64,000 nt of DNA from Spirochaetia bacterium (GTDB taxonomy: Bacteria; Spirochaetota; Spirochaetia; UBA9216), in assembly GCA_965140585.1 (NCBI GenBank), contig OZ223272.1, positions 160,001-224,000 of the forward strand. The letters run 5' to 3'. Made by a program: the position numbers and the translations under genes. Numbering within the stretch: the first letter of the stretch is position 1; every line of letters starts with the position of its first letter. Under the pieces are notes generated by a model. It was given only the letters and a program-made list of their open reading frames with translations, was not told the origin of the DNA and made no database searches. This document shows positions 40,264 through 49,727 of the stretch, in pieces.

Positions 40264-41376
40264 CTAATTTATTTTTGACAGTATCTCTTCTAGTTTTACT
40301 GTTCTTTCCTCTTTAATTGAAAGGTAACTTGCGTCAACCGCAGCCAGTGTCTTAAGATTGTCAGTTCCACTGATTTCAGGTTCACAGTCATCTTCGATAG
40401 CCCTTAGAAGCTGCGCCATTGTTCCCTGGAAGGCATCGGGAAACCAGAACTTGTTCCATCTTGGTCTAAACCATTGATTAGGAAACTGCTTTGTGGTGAA
40501 ATCAATGGTGCTGGGAGTTGGGCTTGAAGCGAACCAGTTTATTGTTCCCTGTGCTATTCCCTCTGTACCTTCGACACGCCACCTGATGTAATAATCCTGC
40601 TCGGCTCCCTCGGTTGGTCCTGCCCAGACATCATCAAGAGTCGTTGCCATAAAATCATTGGCATACTTGTAGGTTACCTGGGAAATTCCGTCTATGTGCT
40701 CGAATGTGGTTCTAGGGTCTTTTCTGGTAACCGCTGTAATTTTTTCAGGATCACCGAAAAGGTACCTGAATGCATCAAGGTGGTGTACACCCATATTAAG
40801 AATTTCAATCCGATCATATTTTGTCAGAAATTTCTGCCAGTGTGGTATTGCTCTCATGTCGATTGTAGCCAGTACTGGTTCACCAAGGTATCCGCGATCA
40901 AGGACCGTCTTCAGAGCTCTGATTGACTGGTCATACCGCATATTTGAATTAACTGCCAACTTGACACCCGCATCCTTACAAAGCTTTACAATCTGCACAG
41001 CCTCATCAAGATTCATTGCGATCGGTTTCTGTGTGAGAATACCCTTTATATGGGAACTTTCTTTTACTGCAGCCATGATTATTTCAAGCTGCTGATCCGG
41101 CGGGTATGCTATATCAAGTACCTCAATTTCCGGATCTTTAACAAGTTCCTGCCAGCTGTCGTAGACTGTCGGAATGCTGTGCAACTGAGCTACAGCATCT
41201 GCATTTGCCCTGGTTCTTGATGCAATGGCTACGGGGTTAAATCCTGCATCACGGTAGGCAACCAGATGACAGTCTCGCATAATAAAACCTGCACCGACAC
41301 AGCCGATTCGAAAATCTTTGCGTTTTGGCATCTCTGGATCAATATTGAGATCCAGGTTAAAATCTGCTTTTGCCAT
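40264..41376 (-). CDS. Gfo/Idh/MocA family oxidoreductase
   Basis: IGCVGAGFI Rossmann motif; QKP; NMRY; HHLDAFRYLFG. Confidence 0.92.
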   Translation of the reverse strand: MAKADFNLDLNIDPEMPKRKDFRIGCVGAGFIMRDCHLVAYRDAGFNPVAIASRTRANADAVAQLHSIPTVYDSWQELVKDPEIEVLDIAYPPDQQLEIIMAAVKESSHIKGILTQKPIAMNLDEAVQIVKLCKDAGVKLAVNSNMRYDQSIRALKTVLDRGYLGEPVLATIDMRAIPHWQKFLTKYDRIEILNMGVHHLDAFRYLFGDPEKITAVTRKDPRTTFEHIDGISQVTYKYANDFMATTLDDVWAGPTEGAEQDYYIRWRVEGTEGIAQGTINWFASSPTPSTIDFTTKQFPNQWFRPRWNKFWFPDAFQGTMAQLLRAIEDDCEPEISGTDNLKTLAAVDASYLSIKEERTVKLEEILSKIN

Positions 41377-41427
41377 AAATCCTCCTGTTCTTTATTTTTA
41401 ACATTCTCAGAATGTATTTAAACCTGA

Positions 41428-43659
41428 TTAGAGCTTCAGCTCGATCTTTGTAAACGCTTGCTCAACGGCGGCTTCAGGAGAGAGTTCACCTCTCACCGAT
41501 TTATGTATTGCCTCACCAAGGATAATTTCAAAATCTTTTTCTGATAGTTTTCCGTGTGTGGTGATTTTAGAGATATCTCTCTTTCTGCTCGTCTTAAAAC
41601 TCTCAAGAGCCTTGGGCAGCCATGGATAAATTGAGAGAAGCTCTGAACTCTTGTACAGAGATATTGAAGCAGTTGAACCGCCTAAAATAGTCTGAGGTAT
41701 AGCCAGCTCCTTGGAAACCGCCCATTTAATAAAATTAATAGCCTCATCTTTGTTTCCTGAATCTGAGTTGACCGCTATAGACCAGCCGCCGAGCATCGGA
41801 CATCCGCCGGGGATTATATCGTAACCAATTTTTCCTACAATATCGGAATCAGTCAAATCTGCAAGATCTGTAGCGTGGGCAATAAACAGAATCATCATTG
41901 CAGCATTTCCGGAAATAAACTCATGCACCTGTTCATCCCACCAGTAATCTGCAGAATCAGGATGAGCATACTTATAGCTTTCGGTATAAATCTTGAGGGC
42001 TTTGACTATTGCGGAACGGTCATGAGCCGCACGACCGCTTTTATCAAGAATCTCGCCCCCGTAAGCCCACATTCGAGGAAGGAATTCACATACAGCCCCG
42101 CTGTAAATTTTCCCACCAAGCGTTGTTCCATAAAGAACCGGTGATTCCGGATTTATACTTCGGGTAAAAAACTCCGAGATGAGATTATATTCTGCCCATG
42201 TCCTCGGGATATTAAGATCAAAACCATATTTTTCACGGAACATGAGTTTGTTTGAAGGGTCATCAAACAGGTCCCGCCTATAATACAGAAGCTGAGTTCC
42301 GAACATAAACGGCATTGCATAGATACCATCTTCATATTCAGAATATGCCGAAAGAACTCCCGGAATAAATGTTTCTGCTATGGGTTCAATATTCTCAATA
42401 TATCCGGAGAGATTAAGAAGAGCTCCGCTCTGAGCGAGTTCTGTCAGCCAGGGAATATCAACCTGAAATACATCATATTTTTTTCTAAGCTCAGGGTCAT
42501 TTATGATAGAAGAGAGCTCACTGTATTCGAAACTGTCAAACTCGAGCTCTACCCCGTATTTTTGCCTGAAATCCGGAATCAGACTCTTCAGAGCCCGGAA
42601 CGATGGACTGTTAAGCATTAGAATTTTCAGAGAGGTATTCTCCGAATTTTCTAAATGCCACATTTTACCTCTATTACCCTCTGCGGGCATATTTTTAATT
42701 GTAAGATGCTTCGAATCGAAGGCGGTGTTGCTTTCGATCTCCTCAAGCAGTAGTTCGGCAGCTTTTTCTCCAAGGGTAATCGGTCTTCTTGCAATCCTGA
42801 AAAAATCACCTACAGGAACTTCTGTCCAGTTTTCCTCTGACAGAGAATAAAGCAGCGGCAGCGAATCTTGCTCAACGGCCTGCATATCAAGAGCCTTAAT
42901 TACTCCGTGAACAAGAGGCGTCCCGGTACAAATAACAGCACCTGGAAGCGAATTTCTCTGCAGGTATTTAGTGAAATGTCTGAATGAGTTTTCCTTATTG
43001 TAATTTATTGAAAGTACAGCTGATTTAATATTTGCATTGCTTACTTCAGAACAGGCTTTCCTGTATGCATCAATACACTGATGTTCATTTGAATACTGTG
43101 AAGGACCTGTAATAAGTAATACATCTGTAATTCCATTTTCTATTATTTCGGAAGCTGTTCTGAAGATCGAACTGTAGTTATCAAACTCAACAAGATGGTA
43201 TTCACCGTCCTTGACTGCTCTTTCAATAAAGGTCAGCGCTGTACCTGATTCGGCAAGCTGCTCAAAAACCTGTGAATTTTCAGGCTGGCATGTAGAAATA
43301 ATCAGACCATCAGTTCGCAGATTGAGAATCCTCTCAATAACAGCGTTTTCCTTTGCAGGAATGTCAGAGGTTGTATACAGACTTACCGTATAGCCGTGCT
43401 GGGAAAGGACTCTTTCAACACCTGTAAATATAGCCGATTTAACAGGGTCAATTATATCCGGCAAAACCACACCAACGTTCATAGTTCTGCTGGTTTTCAG
43501 GCTTCGGGCAGCTTAATGGGGTTTGTAATTCAGCTTTTCTATTGCTTCCTGAACCCGCCGGACTTTCTCAGGATTAACAGCATTCCGTGCATTAAGCACA
43601 TTTGATACTGTTCCCAGTGATACTCCGGCCAGTTTTGCAACATCTTTTATAGTACTCAT
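41428..43659 (-). pseudogene. LacI regulator fused to a solute-binding-protein domain, interrupted by in-frame TAA at 43515-43513
   Basis: MSTIKDVAKLAGVSLGTVSNVLN..YKPH*AARSLKTSRTMNVGVV in one frame; C-terminal half has YDVFQVDIPW, LYYRRDLF, LGGWSIAV (CUT1 binding-protein fold). Confidence 0.85.
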
Positions 43660-43690
43660 TCCTACACCATCGAAATTAATGAATCGTATT

Positions 43691-43735
43691 TTGAAACGTT
43701 TCAATTATTATGTGAGGACTTTCTCTTTATGTCAA
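43691..43735 (-). promoter_or_regulatory. Promoter and LacI operator of the sugar operon regulator
   Basis: Minus-strand TTGACA (43735-43730)-N17-CATAAT (43712-43707); perfect palindrome TTGAAACGTTTCAA (43691-43704) at the expected start site. Confidence 0.85.
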
Positions 43736-43843
43736 CAAAAATTTCACATTTACGTACATTTTTATACAAGAAGAAGAGGCGAGGGTGTCGTCTTTTTGGA
43801 ATAATTTAATTATTTTGCAATGAAAGGTACTGAATTATTGCAA

Positions 43844-44413
43844 TCAGCGTATTTTCTCAGCCAGCCAGGCAATATTTTCAGATAGTGCATTCATAACAGT
43901 TACAGCCTCGGTATCTTCTGCAAAATCACCTTCTGCTGTTGACAGGCTGACATTCCAGTAGGTCGAACCAGGCACAATCATTTCCTGAATTAAAAAGAAG
44001 TTATTTATAGAATGAAAGACATTCATGGTACCGGCCCTTCTTGCAGGACTTACAGAGGCTCCGATTTTCCTTCGAAGCAAACCCTGAGCTCGGCAGATTC
44101 GGCCGGCACGGTCAATAAGAGCCTTTGTTTCAGCAGTCATGGAAGAAAAATACGTAGGTGAACCGATCAGGACTACATCAGATTCGTCCATTTTACCAAT
44201 ACATTCATTAATACAGTCATCATTAAAAACACAGCGTTTCTCCGGATGAGTCTTACACCAGTCACACGCATTACATCCGCGGATAAGCCGGCCTCCAAGC
44301 TGGTAGAGTTCGGTCTCAAAACCCTTTCCTGCCAGATTAACAAGCACCTGATTAAGCATTGCTGCAGTATTTCCATTCTTCCTCGGGCTTCCATTAAACG
44401 CAGTGACTTTCAT
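43844..44413 (-). CDS. Iron-sulfur flavoprotein / flavodoxin-like (Isf family)
   Basis: NGSPRKNGNT; GCNACDWC..C; GSPTYF; KALIDR. Confidence 0.9.
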   Translation of the reverse strand: MKVTAFNGSPRKNGNTAAMLNQVLVNLAGKGFETELYQLGGRLIRGCNACDWCKTHPEKRCVFNDDCINECIGKMDESDVVLIGSPTYFSSMTAETKALIDRAGRICRAQGLLRRKIGASVSPARRAGTMNVFHSINNFFLIQEMIVPGSTYWNVSLSTAEGDFAEDTEAVTVMNALSENIAWLAEKIR

Positions 44414-44423
44414 GAGTAATCTC

Positions 44424-46073
44424 CTAAATTAGCTGTTTAACCAGAAGAACCTGGTTTCCCTTTTTGTTATATTCCATCCGATCAAAAACGGCACTTGTCA
44501 TGAGAATTCCCCGTCCATGCAGAAGCCCCTGCTGGTTAACCTCATTCTTCACCCTCTCCATGATTTTAGCATAGTCAAATCCCTTCCCCATATCAGTTAT
44601 GCGGTAGATAACCTTCTTATCATCGAGAGAGTAGTCGATAATAACTTTCCGATCACGGCACTCGGGATTCAGTCTCTTTTCCTTCATAAAATCAAAAAGA
44701 CGTCCTTCTTCCTGAGCCCTTGTCTTCTCATCAAATGACACATCAAGATTACCGTGCTCCATTGCATTTACAATCATCTCCTGAAGTCCCATTTTCACCA
44801 TCATGATATCCGACTTTTCAAGGTATTTTTTCAGGTTGGATGTAAGCCGGTCAACAACATCACCTACCAGTACAACATAGTTATCGACTGTCAGCGACAG
44901 ACGCTCATTATCTATAAATCCGGACAGACTGGAACCTGACGCCGGCCAGGCCCTGCCGATCAGTTCCAAACTCTCAGCCTGGAAGCAGTCAAACCTGAAA
45001 TGATATTCAACCGGTTCAAATGTAACAGGATCCCGCAGGTAGGTATTAAACGAAGTCCGGCTCCCGGGATCCCTGAGGTTCATCAGCTGTTCATGAATAA
45101 ACTGGTTATTAATTTCCGATTCCACATCGGATTTATAGATACAGTTCAGAAAATTTACCGGGGCTTCTCCAAGCTCAAAAAGTTTCTCACCCTTCTGATT
45201 CGCGGAAATAATCTCAAGCTCAGGCGAAAGCGTAAATACTATTTCTTCAGCTACTTCAAGCAGCAGCTTGTACCGGCTTTCAGTAAGTCTCAGGCTTTGA
45301 TTGCTTTTCAGCAGTTTATTGTGAGTTGAAAAATAATCGATAAAAACAGCAGACAGGAAAAAAAGCATCATCAGCGTCGAACCAAAGGTGAATCTTGAAA
45401 AACGCAGACCATTAAAAATAAAGTTCCTTCCGGTGTAAAAATACTGGAGATCATCTATCCCTCCCAGCATTGAACAGACTATTCCAAGCATAAGCATAAG
45501 GCTCTTCAGTCGGCCCTTATCCTTTACGGTGTAGGAAATTGAATAAACCAGAGAGACTGCAATAAATGCGGCAAGAAAAATATCACGATACATATACATA
45601 GGGCCTTCAAGACCCCTTGTAAAATCACCCGGCGTCAGAGAGGGGGTAGTTGAAGCTTCGTTGATAGAAATCATCAAATCGGGTTTAATAAGAGTCAGAG
45701 CGGTAAAGAAAAGGCCCGAGGCTATTCCGAACCACATAAAAACTTTCAGAAATCCGTTCATTATCCCCTTGGCCGGAAATGATGTGTATAGAAAATAGGG
45801 AAGCAGGAAATAGAGTATAAAAATAGTAATCTGCTCATAGCGATGAAGGTATCGGCCCAAGACAGTATTTCCGTACCATCCCTGCACCATAATAAGGATT
45901 TCAAAAAGAACAAAAAAAGCAACATCAAGGGTCATCAGAGTTCCGGAGTAGAAGCTTTTCTCTCTCGTTCTGGCGTAGAAAAGTATATATACAACTGATG
46001 AAAGAAGAAGTACGGTTAAACAGCTAACAGAAACTGTTATTTGCAGCGCATCTCCAAGGGATCCTTTGAACAT
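44424..46073 (-). CDS. Multi-TM sensor with PAS domain and RsbW-like (HATPase_c_2) kinase domain
   Basis: About seven hydrophobic segments; SRYKLLLE..IISANQ PAS entry; LQEMIVNAMEHGN, ITDMGKGFD, HGRGI, YNKKGNQV; no HisKA H-box seen. Confidence 0.78.
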   Translation of the reverse strand: MFKGSLGDALQITVSVSCLTVLLLSSVVYILFYARTREKSFYSGTLMTLDVAFFVLFEILIMVQGWYGNTVLGRYLHRYEQITIFILYFLLPYFLYTSFPAKGIMNGFLKVFMWFGIASGLFFTALTLIKPDLMISINEASTTPSLTPGDFTRGLEGPMYMYRDIFLAAFIAVSLVYSISYTVKDKGRLKSLMLMLGIVCSMLGGIDDLQYFYTGRNFIFNGLRFSRFTFGSTLMMLFFLSAVFIDYFSTHNKLLKSNQSLRLTESRYKLLLEVAEEIVFTLSPELEIISANQKGEKLFELGEAPVNFLNCIYKSDVESEINNQFIHEQLMNLRDPGSRTSFNTYLRDPVTFEPVEYHFRFDCFQAESLELIGRAWPASGSSLSGFIDNERLSLTVDNYVVLVGDVVDRLTSNLKKYLEKSDIMMVKMGLQEMIVNAMEHGNLDVSFDEKTRAQEEGRLFDFMKEKRLNPECRDRKVIIDYSLDDKKVIYRITDMGKGFDYAKIMERVKNEVNQQGLLHGRGILMTSAVFDRMEYNKKGNQVLLVKQLI

Positions 46074-46141
46074 GTTTTATTCTCCTGAAAATTATACGAA
46101 ATGTATTTTTAAAACTAAACCCACAATGATATTATATCACA

Positions 46142-47476
46142 ATGAACCTTGAAAGCATATTGAAGACGGTAAAAGAAACCAAAGAACTTTTAATTGAAAA
46201 CGGAAGTATCAGCAAGTCAGCAAATCTGTTTAAAAAGCACTGGCCGGCTGCAATGGCCATGATCATTGCAGACAGCAATACATGGAATATTGCCGGAAAA
46301 TATGTATTCAGCAGGATGGAGGAAGCCGGAATTCTGCTGGCTGAACCTGTGATATATCCGGTTCCTCCAATGCTCCATGCCGATTATTCCCATGTCATGG
46401 AAATAGCAGCTTCAGCATCGGAGTCATCGGACTGCATACTGGTAGCCGTCGGATCAGGAACAGTTAATGATCTGGTTAAAAGAGCGTCTTTTGAACTTGG
46501 AAAAACATACTTCTGCATAGGGACAGCAGCGTCAATGGACGGCTACTGTTCCTCAGGTGCAGCCCTTGTTAAAAACGGCCGTAAGCAGACTCTGGAATGT
46601 CCGGCTCCGGCTGTAATTCTTGCTGATCCGGTGGTTCTGTCTACTGCCCCGCTTAAAGCTTCCGCGGCGGGATTCGGAGATCTGGCCAGCAAGATTACCG
46701 CTGGTGCAGACTGGATACTGGCTGATTTTACCGAAAATGATCCTATTGAACAGTTTGTGTGGGATATCGTACAGCCGAACCTTGACCGCTGGCTTTCGGA
46801 ACCTGAAAAAGCTGGAGCCGGAGACAGCGAAGCGCTTTCAAGAGTATTTGAGGGACTGAACTTCAGCGGACTGGCAATGCAGGTACTTGGACGCTCGAGG
46901 GCTGCATCAGGCGCCGAGCATATGTACAGCCATGTATGGGAAATGAGCGGTCATACAGGAGCAGACGGCAATCCGGTTTCGCACGGTTTTCAGGTATCAG
47001 TAGGTATCATGTGTGTTGCAGCCCTCTATGATGAAGTTTTCAAATTGGAGAGCTCCGATATTGATGTGACCCAAATATGTGCAGCCTACCCCTCACCGGA
47101 AATGAGGAAAAAAGAAGTCACGATGCTTATGAAGCACCTGCCTTCATGGGAGGAATATATCGATTTGAACAGGGCTAAATATACTCCGGAAACTGAAATT
47201 GAAAACAGACTGCAGAAGATAAAGAACAATTGGGACAGCCTACGGAGCAAAGTCAGGGCAAAGCTGCCGGATTACCCGACAATGAAGAAAATGCTGGAAG
47301 CAGCCGGATGCCCGGTCAGGCCGGAAGATATCAATCTGGATCGAAATAAGGCGGTAGACACATACTACAGTGCACAATGCCTGCGTAACCGCTATACAAT
47401 ACTCGATTTGGCCTGGGAGCTTGGAATACTGGAAACCTGCGTCGAGAGGATTAGAAATAACCCGGAATATCTTTAA
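46142..47476 (+). CDS. sn-glycerol-1-phosphate dehydrogenase family (AraM/EgsA)
   Basis: AVGSGTVNDLVK; TAASMDGY; AAGFGD; SRAASGAEHMYSHVWEM; HGFQV; RNRYTILDL. Confidence 0.88.
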   Translation: MNLESILKTVKETKELLIENGSISKSANLFKKHWPAAMAMIIADSNTWNIAGKYVFSRMEEAGILLAEPVIYPVPPMLHADYSHVMEIAASASESSDCILVAVGSGTVNDLVKRASFELGKTYFCIGTAASMDGYCSSGAALVKNGRKQTLECPAPAVILADPVVLSTAPLKASAAGFGDLASKITAGADWILADFTENDPIEQFVWDIVQPNLDRWLSEPEKAGAGDSEALSRVFEGLNFSGLAMQVLGRSRAASGAEHMYSHVWEMSGHTGADGNPVSHGFQVSVGIMCVAALYDEVFKLESSDIDVTQICAAYPSPEMRKKEVTMLMKHLPSWEEYIDLNRAKYTPETEIENRLQKIKNNWDSLRSKVRAKLPDYPTMKKMLEAAGCPVRPEDINLDRNKAVDTYYSAQCLRNRYTILDLAWELGILETCVERIRNNPEYL

Positions 47477-48153
47477 GTCCTGATAAACAGCTCACGGTTA
47501 ATCTCACTGAAATCAGAAATAAACTGACTGATCCCTGTGACCATTTTAAAATCATCATGATGGTGCTCCGCCGGACCCGAAATTATGAGATAGCCGGCAC
47601 CTGCTTTTGAAGCTGACAAAGCACCGTAGTATGTATCATCAACAACCACTGTCTCAGATGGAATCAACCCCAGCACCTGGGCAGCCTTTATATATATATC
47701 CGGCTCCGGTTTGTTTTTCACAGTACCGTCATTGCATTGAAACAGCTCAACATCAAACCACTTGTCCAGATTCAAAGACTCTATATAAAAGTTCAGATTT
47801 ATAGGATCCGAACCGGTAGCAATTGTTGCCGGGATTTTTGAATCATGTATAAAATTAAGAAAATCCTCAACTCCCGGTGCAAATCTGTATATCTCGGGAT
47901 GCTCAATACAGGCAGCCCTGTATGCCGATTCTTTCCTTTCAGAAAGTTCATAAAGTTCAGCACCCCTTATAGGCTTGTCAAACAGACGTGTAAGAATATC
48001 CTCGGTAGTTCTGCCGTGAATAGTATTAACGTAATCTTTTTCAGTTATCTTGATGCCGAAATCGGCACAGAACTTTATCCAGCCCTCCTGATGAAGAGGA
48101 GTATCCCACACAAGAGTTCCGTTAAAATCGAGAATCACACCTTTATATTTCAT
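47473..48153 (-). CDS. HAD-superfamily phosphatase (beta-phosphoglucomutase-like)
   Basis: ILDFNGTL; IATGS; KPEPDIY; VVDD. Confidence 0.88.
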   Translation of the reverse strand: MKYKGVILDFNGTLVWDTPLHQEGWIKFCADFGIKITEKDYVNTIHGRTTEDILTRLFDKPIRGAELYELSERKESAYRAACIEHPEIYRFAPGVEDFLNFIHDSKIPATIATGSDPINLNFYIESLNLDKWFDVELFQCNDGTVKNKPEPDIYIKAAQVLGLIPSETVVVDDTYYGALSASKAGAGYLIISGPAEHHHDDFKMVTGISQFISDFSEINRELFIRT

Positions 48154-48188
48154 GAACTGATATTAGCAGTTTAAGATGAAAGAATAAA

Positions 48189-48863
48189 TCAGTATGAGGA
48201 GTCTCCCCAGTCTATCTTTGCTTCTATTACTGATGCAAGAGCCTCCATGTCATCATCATTGTGATACAGAAGCGGAGCTGATTCTACAACAGTTTTATCT
48301 TCGCTGTTTTTAAAGAATACAGCCTTATGATGGGCGGACTCCAATGCCACGGTTTCACTGCCGAAAGGATCGGTGAGGCTAAGACTTCCATTACAGGCAC
48401 AGACATAGGTGTTATCAGCATCAAGAACCTTTACAAAGAATGATGTCCCGCGTACGCCGGCCGCAACACTCTCAGTTCTAACCTTGAAGTACTCGTCTTT
48501 GGTTAGCCTGGCAAGTTTATTGAACACGGCACCGAATGCGCCCTGCTTTATAAAAATTTCAGGATTTGATGTATCTATTTTAATTTCAGCAATGGTTGAT
48601 TCCATGACCTTGAAAACATTGCCCGATTCAAAAACAACTTCACAGTATGAAAACTCACCTGTAACAATCCGGGCACCATAGGGAATAGACATTCCTATTT
48701 CTGCAGGCCGACTGTTCACTTCAACATCTCCTTCAAGGTAAACAAGCTGTCCTTTTACCGGACCCTGGGGAGAAGAAACCTGAGTCTCAGCCTCTGCAGT
48801 TCCCGAGGCAAAGACTATAACCGGCAGAAGCATTATTGATAGTATGAAGATTATTTTTCTCAT
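48189..48863 (-). CDS. Exported FecR-domain protein
   Basis: Signal peptide MRKIIF..VFASG; LEGDV; IVTGEFS; VRTESVAAGVRGTSF; start moved to ATG 48863. Confidence 0.8.
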   Translation of the reverse strand: MRKIIFILSIMLLPVIVFASGTAEAETQVSSPQGPVKGQLVYLEGDVEVNSRPAEIGMSIPYGARIVTGEFSYCEVVFESGNVFKVMESTIAEIKIDTSNPEIFIKQGAFGAVFNKLARLTKDEYFKVRTESVAAGVRGTSFFVKVLDADNTYVCACNGSLSLTDPFGSETVALESAHHKAVFFKNSEDKTVVESAPLLYHNDDDMEALASVIEAKIDWGDSSY

Positions 48864-48944
48864 AAAAACCTCACAGACATTTATTAGCTCACTTATCAAC
48901 TATAAACGCCAGGAGGTGATTTTACAAGTTATTCCCGTGAAGAT

Positions 48945-49727
48945 TCATTTCACAGGTTTAAAAACTGAACAGGGCACCCTGTTTTCAAGAATATCTGAAA
49001 TTGAATAATTTCCGTTTGCAATAATTGCAGGAATTCCTTTTTTTGTTATCATATCGGCGGCATGGACCTTGGAGAGCATTCCGCCAAGCCCGAGTTCACT
49101 TTTGCCGACAGCAGCCATTTTAAGAATTGAGTCATCAATTTTATCGACCGCAGTAATAAGTTCGGGCTTCTTACCCCCGGCATCGGCGGAATTAGGATTT
49201 CCGTCATAGAGCCCGTCAACATTTGTCAGAATAAGGGCTTTATCAACACCGGAAGCAATAGAAACAAAGGCTGCAAGGATATCATTATCTGTAAAGTTGC
49301 CTTCAGAATCAAACTCTTCTTTATTAGTCATGTCATTTTCGTTGATAATAGGAATCACGTCATCGTCCAGATAATGGTTGATGATCTCCTTGATGGTTTC
49401 AACCTCACCGGGATTGTCAAAATTATGGTGAGTAAGCAGCATCTGAGCAGTGAAAATGTATTTCTCTTTAAAAAGGTCCTTATAATACTTGCTAAGCCGG
49501 ACCTGCCCTATTCCGGACAGCATCTGAAGGCTGAGTGTATCGGAAGGGCGTTTTCGAATACTTTTAACTTCCATTCCGGCCGCAACAGCACCGGAGCTGA
49601 CGATTATAGGACGAACACCTTCCCTGTACAGAAAAGCCAGTTCATCAACCTTCTTCTTGAGCCAGTTATAGTCTATTCTGTTATCCCTGCTGATCAGGGC
49701 ACTTCCAATCTTAACAAGAAGCTTCAT
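48945..49727 (-). CDS. proB: Glutamate 5-kinase (no PUA domain)
   Basis: VKIGS; VSSGAVAAG; PIINEND; DND; LTNVDGLY; GGMLSK. Confidence 0.95.
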   Translation of the reverse strand: MKLLVKIGSALISRDNRIDYNWLKKKVDELAFLYREGVRPIIVSSGAVAAGMEVKSIRKRPSDTLSLQMLSGIGQVRLSKYYKDLFKEKYIFTAQMLLTHHNFDNPGEVETIKEIINHYLDDDVIPIINENDMTNKEEFDSEGNFTDNDILAAFVSIASGVDKALILTNVDGLYDGNPNSADAGGKKPELITAVDKIDDSILKMAAVGKSELGLGGMLSKVHAADMITKKGIPAIIANGNYSISDILENRVPCSVFKPVK

